From: Acutalibacteraceae bacterium
GTDB lineage: Bacteria; Bacillota; Clostridia; Oscillospirales; Acutalibacteraceae
Assembly: GCA_045654865.1 (NCBI GenBank)
Contig: JAZOOE010000011.1
Span: 1-46,880, forward strand
Length of the DNA: 46,880 bases
Direction: 5' to 3'
Positions within the stretch are counted from its first letter, which is position 1, and every line of letters starts with the position of its first letter. Under the pieces are notes generated by a model. That model did not search any database. It saw only the letters and a program-made list of their open reading frames with translations, and had not been told where the DNA came from. The position numbers and the translations under genes were made by a program. Of this stretch, positions 25,237 through 31,702 are shown one piece after another.

Positions 25237-26352
25237 ATGAAAATCAACTATTGTGTTCCGTGTCTTCTGGGGCTTGAGGGGCTTATTGCCGATGAGCTCA
25301 GGGATATGGGAGCCCAAGAGGTAAACGCCGAAAACGGCAGAGTTTTGTTTTCGGGAGACGAGCATATTCTTGCAAGAGCAAATATATGCTCACGCTTTGC
25401 AGAAAGAATACTTATAATGCTTGGAAGCTTTGAAGCTCATTCCTTTGAGGAGCTTTTTCAGGGTACAAAGGCACTTCCCTGGGAGAACTGGGTGGGAAAG
25501 ACGGACAGATTCCCCGTTAAGGGCTATTCTCTCAATTCCGATCTTTTCAGCGTCAGCGACTGTCAGTCCATTATCAAGAAGGCTGTTGTTGAAAGACTCA
25601 AGACAAAGTATATGATCCCGTGGTTTGAGGAAACGGGGGCATTATATCAGATACAGTTTTCCATTATGAAAAATCAGGTATCCCTTTATATTGATACCTC
25701 GGGCAGAGGACTTCATAAGCGCGGCTACCGCCCCGATGCCAATGCGGCTCCCCTCAAGGAAACGCTGGCGGCATCCCTTTGTCAGATATCAAAGCTCAGA
25801 CACTACCACACACTTTACGATCCCATGTGCGGCTCGGGCACCATTCTCATTGAGGGAGCACTGATGGCTCTCAATATTGCTCCGGGCCTTTACAGAAAGT
25901 TTACCGCTGAAAGCTGGAGGCAGTTCCCCCCTGAAATATGGCAGGAGGAGAGAAGAAGAGCGGTAAGTCTTCAGCGCAAGGATATTGAGTTTCACGCCTA
26001 TGGCTACGACATAGATGAGGAAGCTCTCAAAATTGCCAGAGAGAATGCAAGAAAAGCAAGAGTTGAGGAATACATAACCTTTGAAAAGCGTGATATAAAA
26101 TATTTTGAGCCCGTAACCGAAAGGGCAACCGTAATTGTCAATCCGCCCTACGGTGAAAGACTGCTTGATATTGACAATGCAAGACAGCTTTATAAAACCA
26201 TGGGACAGCGCTTTATCTCTCAGAAGGGCAGAAGCTATACCGTAATTACTGCGGATGAGGAATTTGAAAAAGCCTTCGGCAGAAAAGCGGACAAGCGCAG
26301 AAAGCTTTATAACGGAATGATTAAGTGTCAGGTCTATATGTATTTCAAATAA
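25237..26352 (+). CDS. THUMP-domain class I SAM-dependent RNA methyltransferase (YpsC/RlmL-N-like)
   Basis: It has a THUMP-like N-terminal part, a SAM site (DPMCGSGTILIEGA) and NPPYGERL. Confidence 0.9.
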   Translation: MKINYCVPCLLGLEGLIADELRDMGAQEVNAENGRVLFSGDEHILARANICSRFAERILIMLGSFEAHSFEELFQGTKALPWENWVGKTDRFPVKGYSLNSDLFSVSDCQSIIKKAVVERLKTKYMIPWFEETGALYQIQFSIMKNQVSLYIDTSGRGLHKRGYRPDANAAPLKETLAASLCQISKLRHYHTLYDPMCGSGTILIEGALMALNIAPGLYRKFTAESWRQFPPEIWQEERRRAVSLQRKDIEFHAYGYDIDEEALKIARENARKARVEEYITFEKRDIKYFEPVTERATVIVNPPYGERLLDIDNARQLYKTMGQRFISQKGRSYTVITADEEFEKAFGRKADKRRKLYNGMIKCQVYMYFK

Positions 26353-26367
26353 GGTGAGGAAAAAGAT

Positions 26368-28143
26368 ATGAGTACAACGCAGATAGTCACGTCGATAGTT
26401 CAGATGCTTTGCGGTCTTACGTTCTTCCTTTTCGGTATGAACGTTATGTCGGGCAATCTTGAAAAGATTGCCGGCGGTAAGCTTGAGGGACTTCTCAAAA
26501 GGTTTACCTCAAATCCGTTTTTCGGAATTTTGTTCGGTGCAGTTATAACTATTGCAGTACAATCATCCTCTGCTGTTACTGTTATGCTGGTCGGTCTTGT
26601 AAACTCCGGCATTATGCAGTTTGCGCAGACCATCTACATTATTTTCGGTGCCAACATCGGAACAACACTTACAGCCTGGATACTTTCGCTTTCGGGTATT
26701 GAAAGCTCAAGCATCGGAATGATGATGCTCAAGCCTGAAAATTTTTCTCCCGTGCTTGCATTCATCGGTGTTATATTTGTCGTATTTTCAAACAACTCAA
26801 AGAGAAAGAGCATAGGCTCGGTTTTCGTCGGCTTTGCTGTGCTTATGTACGGTATGGAGTTTATGGGCTCGGCTATGGAGCCTATAAGAAATATAGAGGG
26901 AATTGAAAACGTATTTATCAAGTTCAATAATCCTCTTTTCGGCGTGCTTATCGGTACCGTTATTACCGCTGTCATACAGTCCTCCGCCGCATCCGTCGGT
27001 ATGCTTCAGGCTCTGGCTCTTACGGGCCTTATCGACATCGGTATGGTTATCCCCATTGTTATGGGACAGAATATCGGTACCTGTGTCACCGCAGTTATTT
27101 CCTCCGTGGGCACAAATGCAAAGGCAAAGAGAGTTGCATTTTTACATACTGCGCTGAACGTTATCGGTACGGTTCTGTTCACCGCCGTATTCTGGATAGT
27201 GGACGTTGTTTTCGCTCCTGCCTTGTTCAGTCAGGTTGCATCCGCCTGGAGCATCGCTCTCGTTCATTCTATTTTCAACATTGCTCTTACGGTCATTCTG
27301 CTTCCTTTCTCAAAAATGCTCATCCGTCTTACCGAAAAATGTGTCAAGGACAAGGATGAAGAAAAGGGCAACCGTCATATCTTTGTTATGGATGAAAGAC
27401 TGCTTGCTATGCCCTCAATTGCAGTGGGTGAGTGTGACAACTATTCCGTAAAAATGGCAGACGATGCAAAGCAGATGCTTTTGTCCACCTTTGCAATTCT
27501 CTGCGACTATGACGAAAAAACTGCTCAGTGGATCACCGAGCAGGAGGAAAAGCTTGATGCTTATGAGGACGATATCGGAACGTATCTTGTTAAGGTTGCC
27601 GCCCTTTCTCTCTCCGATGAGGATTCAAGAAGAACGGGAAGAATGCTGCACTCCATCGGTAACTTTGAAAGACTCGGCGACCACGCTCTGAATCTTCTTG
27701 AAACTGCAAAGGAGATCAAGGACAAGAGTGTTACATTCTCTGCTGATGCATACAAGGAGCTGACCGTGCTTACGGATGCTCTTATTGAAATTATCACCAT
27801 CACCGTTAACGCATATACAAAGAATGACGTGCTGGTTGCTTCAAGAGTTGAGCCTCTTGAGCAGGTTATTGACAAACTCACGGAAAAGGTCAGAAAGAGA
27901 CATATCGACAGACTCAAGGCCGGAGAATGTACCATCGAGCTTGGCTTTATCCTCTCCGATATTCTCAATAACTTTGAGAGAATTTCCGACCATTGCTCCA
28001 ATATTGCGGTTGCAATAATTGAGGCTCAGAAGGACGAGTTTGAGGCTCATAATTATCTGAGCAGCGTAAAAGCCGGTAATGATGAATTTGATGCGGAATA
28101 TCACCAGTACAAGGAAAAGTACAACCTCAAAAAAGACGCATAA
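26368..28143 (+). CDS. Na+/phosphate cotransporter family protein with C-terminal PhoU-like domains
   Basis: It has duplicated Na_Pi_cotrans repeats (QSSSAVTVMLVGL / QSSAASVGMLQAL) and C-terminal PhoU-type repeats (FERLGDHALN, FERISDHCSN). Confidence 0.9.
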   Translation: MSTTQIVTSIVQMLCGLTFFLFGMNVMSGNLEKIAGGKLEGLLKRFTSNPFFGILFGAVITIAVQSSSAVTVMLVGLVNSGIMQFAQTIYIIFGANIGTTLTAWILSLSGIESSSIGMMMLKPENFSPVLAFIGVIFVVFSNNSKRKSIGSVFVGFAVLMYGMEFMGSAMEPIRNIEGIENVFIKFNNPLFGVLIGTVITAVIQSSAASVGMLQALALTGLIDIGMVIPIVMGQNIGTCVTAVISSVGTNAKAKRVAFLHTALNVIGTVLFTAVFWIVDVVFAPALFSQVASAWSIALVHSIFNIALTVILLPFSKMLIRLTEKCVKDKDEEKGNRHIFVMDERLLAMPSIAVGECDNYSVKMADDAKQMLLSTFAILCDYDEKTAQWITEQEEKLDAYEDDIGTYLVKVAALSLSDEDSRRTGRMLHSIGNFERLGDHALNLLETAKEIKDKSVTFSADAYKELTVLTDALIEIITITVNAYTKNDVLVASRVEPLEQVIDKLTEKVRKRHIDRLKAGECTIELGFILSDILNNFERISDHCSNIAVAIIEAQKDEFEAHNYLSSVKAGNDEFDAEYHQYKEKYNLKKDA

Positions 28144-28310
28144 ATCACCGTCTTTAACGCGCAGTTGAATTAAACGGACACAGCATCATTATAATTTATT
28201 CCCTCAGGACAGTACCTTCCCTGTCGGAACTGAGAGTCGCTTTGTTTGCGACGGCTTGCAGTACCAATGTACGGCTCAGCGCCGCCGCAAACAATAAATA
28301 CGGCAATTTC
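28142..28310 (+). repeat. ~169-bp intergenic/3'-UTR element, copy 1
   Basis: It starts aaatcaccgtctttaacgcg and ends aaatacggcaatttc. It is homologous along its length to the inverted copy at 30411-30578. Confidence 0.8.
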
Positions 28311-28324
28311 TGCGCTTTTTTGGA

Positions 28325-28384
28325 AAAAGACGCATAAATCACCGTCTTTAACGCGTAGTTAAATTAAACGTTTATTCCCTCAGG
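28325..28384 (+). repeat. Partial tandem copy (194-bp period) of the gene 3' end plus the start of the element
   Basis: aaaagacgcataaatcaccgtctttaacgcg[c/t]agtt.aattaaacg...ttattccctcagg occurs at 28131 and again at 28325. The second copy includes a pseudo stop-codon region of the Na/Pi gene. Confidence 0.85.
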
Positions 28385-28415
28385 GCAACACCTGCTCCGA
28401 GGGAGTTTTTTTTTT
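28375..28415 (+). terminator. Intrinsic terminator, probably the original terminator of the Na/Pi transporter gene
   Basis: The hairpin is tccctcagg...ccgaggga, followed by T10 (28406-28415). Confidence 0.7.
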
Positions 28416-28461
28416 GCGCTTGATTTTCGGCACCTTTGTACGGCTATCGGGGCGCAACCGT

Positions 28462-28507
28462 TGAAAAATAAGGCTTCGCAACCGATGTAAACTTTGGTTG
28501 CGAAGCC
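28462..28507 (-). terminator. Intrinsic terminator of the XRE-membrane regulator gene
   Basis: There is a perfect 12-bp stem, ggcttcgcaacc (28472-28483) / ggttgcgaagcc (28496-28507). On the minus strand it is followed by ttatttttc. Confidence 0.8.
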
Positions 28508-28551
28508 GTTTTCTATGTATTTATGCGGATTTTTTTGAAAATTTTCCAATG

Positions 28552-29241
28552 TTATTTTTTCATGGTTGCGACATACCAATAGTATGCGGGAATGAGCAGG
28601 AAGAGCAGCCACATAGGATGCCATAAGGATGCCGTAAAGCCCATAATAAGAAAGAGGATCACGGTGTATAAATAGACGGGGAGCTTGAGGAGCATTCCTT
28701 TTTTTGTCTTTGACAAAAATGCCCAGGCTGTGAGATAGTAGGCGGGAATCGTGAGGAAAAGCATCCATGCAGGGTGCCACAGACCTGATGAAAATCCGAT
28801 AACAAGGAATAATATGATTGCCGCGAGAAAATAGGGAATTCGGAGCATTTTTTTGCCGAGAGCGACAAGGTCTGCCGCCGCGGAGCTCTGCTCTTTTTCA
28901 CGGGGAGCATCGGCATAAAAATTATTCTGAGGAGCTGTCTTTCCTTCGGGAGCTTCTGTCGCAGCTGTCTGCTTTTCGGGTGCGGCCGCTTGTGCTTTTT
29001 GTTCCTTTTCTGTTAATGCACCGATGATCTCCTCTGCGGATTTATCACCGAGAATATCGTCGATTGAAACCGAATATAAGGATGACAGCATCAGCAGATT
29101 ATCCGTATCGGGAGATGCCTCGCCTCTTTCCCATTTGGAAATTGCCTGACGGCTGACTCCTATTTTTTCTGCAAGAGCCTCCTGAGAAAGTGAAAAATGC
29201 TTTCTGAGAGCAGTTAATTTTTTTGCTGTAAAAAGATTCAT
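28552..29241 (-). CDS. Membrane-anchored XRE-family HTH regulator
   Basis: The N-terminal HTH_3 is LSQEALAEKIGVSRQAISKWERGEASP. A Gln/Ala/Glu linker follows, and then two repeated two-TM units (..GLWHPAWMLFLTIPAYY.. / ..SLWHPMWLLFLLIPAYYW..). Confidence 0.85.
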   Translation of the reverse strand: MNLFTAKKLTALRKHFSLSQEALAEKIGVSRQAISKWERGEASPDTDNLLMLSSLYSVSIDDILGDKSAEEIIGALTEKEQKAQAAAPEKQTAATEAPEGKTAPQNNFYADAPREKEQSSAAADLVALGKKMLRIPYFLAAIILFLVIGFSSGLWHPAWMLFLTIPAYYLTAWAFLSKTKKGMLLKLPVYLYTVILFLIMGFTASLWHPMWLLFLLIPAYYWYVATMKK

Positions 29242-29284
29242 ACAGTCCTCCTGATATAATTATTTGATAAAATTCTGATTTTTA

Positions 29285-29300
29285 TTGACGTGAATGTCAA
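29285..29300. promoter_or_regulatory. Palindrome TTGAC-N6-GTCAA in the divergent XRE/acyltransferase spacer, a candidate operator overlapping a -35
   Basis: The sequence ttgacgtgaatgtcaa reads TTGACA on the minus strand, about 45 nt upstream of the XRE start codon. Confidence 0.35.
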
Positions 29301-29467
29301 GAAAATTACGGTTGCGCCTCGGTTGCGGTAAAAATTGCAAACCGGAGTGTATGGAGAAACCCCGTTTTGTAAACTCGAGTTGGTGTTTTTTTGTTTGCTG
29401 TCGGGATAAACTATGAATGCGGTGAGAGAAACCGCAGCATAACTTTATTGACAGGAGAAACTAATTT

Positions 29468-30397
29468 ATGAAAACAATCAAAACAGAACATTTCGGAATA
29501 CAGAGAAAAATAGTTGCAAATATGACAAGCGAGAGCTGGAGAAATATTCCCCACGTATCATATATGTACGAGGCTGACGTAACGGAGCTGTTTGCTCTTT
29601 ATAAGAAAATGAATTCCGAATACAAAACGAAAGTTACCTTTAATACTCTGGTGCTTAAAATCATAACAGAGGGACTTAAGGCGGCTCCCGAAATGAACGC
29701 TCATATTAAGTTTAACAGAAGATTGGTCAGAGGTCAAATAAATACTTTCGAAAATATAAATATTTCTATGCCCACCATTCTTCCCGACGGCAAGATGATG
29801 ACGGTTAACCTCAGAAATTTTGAGAGCCGTGACCTTGACGATATGACGGCGTATATCAATGACGTATCAAGGCGTGCGGAGAATACTAACCTTAATGAGG
29901 CTCTTTTTTCCGTATCTCTTCACGATACCCTCAAGGGGCTGAAAAGCGGTCACCTTATAAAGACTCTTTACAGACTTATCGGATCAAAAATGGGAAAGCA
30001 CCGTGTGCGTACCTTATCGGGGAAAGCAAAAAGAGAATATGAATCAATTCCCGATACCGAGAGACTGACCGCTTATGACCTTGAGCAGGGCACCGTTACC
30101 GTGTCAAATATCGGTTCTACCTATCTCGGACAAAAGGGTGCTATGGCTCTTCTTGAAATCGTACCTCCTCAGGTGTGCGCCTTCGGCGTGGGTGCAGTTC
30201 AGAAAAAGCCCGTTGTTACGGAGGGTGACAAAATCGAGGTCAGACAGATTCTGCCTATCTGTATTGCCTTTGACCACAGGGCGCTGGATTTCGGGGAGAT
30301 CGTGCCCTTTATGAAGAGGCTGGATGAGATTTTCGAGAATCCCGAAATTATCTATTCATGGCGCAAGAAGGACAACCGACGCTTCAAAGTTGCGTAA
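29468..30397 (+). CDS. Stand-alone 2-oxoacid dehydrogenase E2-type acyltransferase catalytic domain protein (no lipoyl or subunit-binding domains)
   Basis: The protein is 309 aa. It has TSESWRNIPHVSYMYEADVTEL, a CAT-like fold signature, and the active-site block AFDHRALDFGE, where the canonical form is DHRxxDG. The RBS is cAGGAGAaactaatttATG. Confidence 0.7.
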   Translation: MKTIKTEHFGIQRKIVANMTSESWRNIPHVSYMYEADVTELFALYKKMNSEYKTKVTFNTLVLKIITEGLKAAPEMNAHIKFNRRLVRGQINTFENINISMPTILPDGKMMTVNLRNFESRDLDDMTAYINDVSRRAENTNLNEALFSVSLHDTLKGLKSGHLIKTLYRLIGSKMGKHRVRTLSGKAKREYESIPDTERLTAYDLEQGTVTVSNIGSTYLGQKGAMALLEIVPPQVCAFGVGAVQKKPVVTEGDKIEVRQILPICIAFDHRALDFGEIVPFMKRLDEIFENPEIIYSWRKKDNRRFKVA

Positions 30398-30410
30398 GAT
30401 AAAACACTTA

Positions 30411-30578
30411 GAATTGCCGTATTTGTCGGATTTGACACCGGAGGGCGTACTATGGTACGCCGAGGCTGACAAAGACAAGGCGAATCAAAACTTCTGTCGT
30501 GGCTTAAACGAAAAAATAAGGATAAGTGCGTGGTTGCACTTATCCTTAAATATTACTTCGCGTCAAAGACGGTGATTT
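30411..30578 (-). repeat. ~168-bp intergenic/3'-UTR element, inverted copy
   Basis: The reverse complement starts aaatcaccgtctttgacgcg and ends aaatacggcaattc. The interior is clearly homologous to 28142-28310, including a conserved GTAC-loop-GTAC hairpin. Confidence 0.8.
30511..30547 (-). terminator. Intrinsic terminator of the radical SAM gene, embedded in the repeat element
   Basis: The stem is aaggataagtgc (30518-30529) / gcacttatcctt (30536-30547). On the minus strand it is followed by attttttc. Confidence 0.8.
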
Positions 30579-30607
30579 GCGAGGATTTTATAGGTTTTGT
30601 GAGTATT

Positions 30608-31432
30608 TTATTGAGTAAAGCGGGTGGCATACTGACACCTTGAGCATAGATTTTCTTCACAGCGGCTTTGGGAGAAGCCCTCGTATATTTTAACCGCTCT
30701 CGGGCTGTTGATTATATCCCCGAGGTTTTCGTTGAACAGATTGCCCAAAGGGATAGCGCCGTCCGCATCAAGACAGCAGGGCACCACGGTGCCGTCTGAG
30801 AGTATGCCTACATGATCGCGAAGTCCCATACAGAAGTGCACGTCCTGCCTCGGAGCATTGCTGTCGGGCCATATAAATTTCTGAGCCGATTCAAGATATA
30901 TTTTATCGGACAGTGTGTATCCCTTTCTGTTTTCTTTGAACGTGAATTCATTTTTCAGTACAGCGAGGATTTTATCGTTAAGAGAATTTTCTCCGCCCTC
31001 GTTCCAGAGCCTCAGCACGCAAATCGTACCAAGCTTTTCCGCTTTTTTGCAGAAGCTTATAATGTCGGACATATATTCCTCAAGGGAAACGGCAGTTTCG
31101 TTTGCCTCAAAGGAATGTAAAGAAAAGGTTACCTTATAGGGCACAGCTTCAAGAAGCTCATTGCCGCGCTTTGAAATAAGGAAACCGTTGGTTGCGACGG
31201 TGCAATTAAAACCGTCTGCGGCGGCTTTTTTCAAAAAATATGAAATATGGGGATGCAAAAGCGGCTCACCCATTAAATGAAAATACAGATATTTCGTATG
31301 CCCGTAAAGCTTCGGCAGAAGTCGGTCGAATTCTTCAACCGAAAGATATTTTTTGCTTCTTGAGGTTTTGTGGCAAAAGCTGCATTCAAGATTGCAAACG
31401 TTTGTTATTTCAAGATAGATCTTTTTGAACAT
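30608..31432 (-). CDS. Small radical SAM enzyme with a C-terminal SPASM/twitch-like Cys cluster
   Basis: It has CNLECSFC (Cx3Cx2C) at residues 13-20. The C-terminal cysteines are PCCLDADG...CEENLCSRCQY. The protein is 274 aa. Confidence 0.8.
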   Translation of the reverse strand: MFKKIYLEITNVCNLECSFCHKTSRSKKYLSVEEFDRLLPKLYGHTKYLYFHLMGEPLLHPHISYFLKKAAADGFNCTVATNGFLISKRGNELLEAVPYKVTFSLHSFEANETAVSLEEYMSDIISFCKKAEKLGTICVLRLWNEGGENSLNDKILAVLKNEFTFKENRKGYTLSDKIYLESAQKFIWPDSNAPRQDVHFCMGLRDHVGILSDGTVVPCCLDADGAIPLGNLFNENLGDIINSPRAVKIYEGFSQSRCEENLCSRCQYATRFTQ

Positions 31433-31593
31433 TCCCGTTTTTTCCTTTATGAAATTTCAGCCTTGCAAAAACGCATAGCCGTGTTCTGATGCTATAATAG
31501 CATAAAAATTACCGTCGGGCAATACCCGAGGATAGCACAAAAGGCGTAACGGGGATAAATGAATGCCTGAAGAGAAAAAAGCGCAAGCCGCAT

Positions 31594-31641
31594 AAAAAAT
31601 AAGACAGGGGACTCGGACAGATTGCTTTCTGTCCGAGCCCC
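31594..31641 (-). terminator. Intrinsic terminator of the dockerin protein gene 31703-33961
   Basis: The stem is ggggactcggacag (31607-31620) / ctgtccgagcccc (31629-31641). On the minus strand it is followed by cttatttttt. Confidence 0.85.
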
Positions 31642-31702
31642 GCTGTTTTGTTGATATTGCATTTTATTGAGACTGTTATAAGGCTTCAGGTCCTGTCGGG
31701 AC

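Noticed and set aside
24955-25365. ORFs covering the heptamer-repeat spacers: 24955-25365(-), 44002-44187(+) and 37577-37762(+).
   Set aside because: They are composed largely of repeat or hairpin sequence, lack an RBS, and overlap the start of a real gene or sit in terminator regions. They are most likely non-coding.
28364-28780. A 138-aa ORF on the minus strand spanning the repeat/terminator region and overlapping the 3' part of the XRE gene.
   Set aside because: It overlaps a better-supported gene in another frame, runs through two terminator hairpins, and has no RBS or recognisable motifs.
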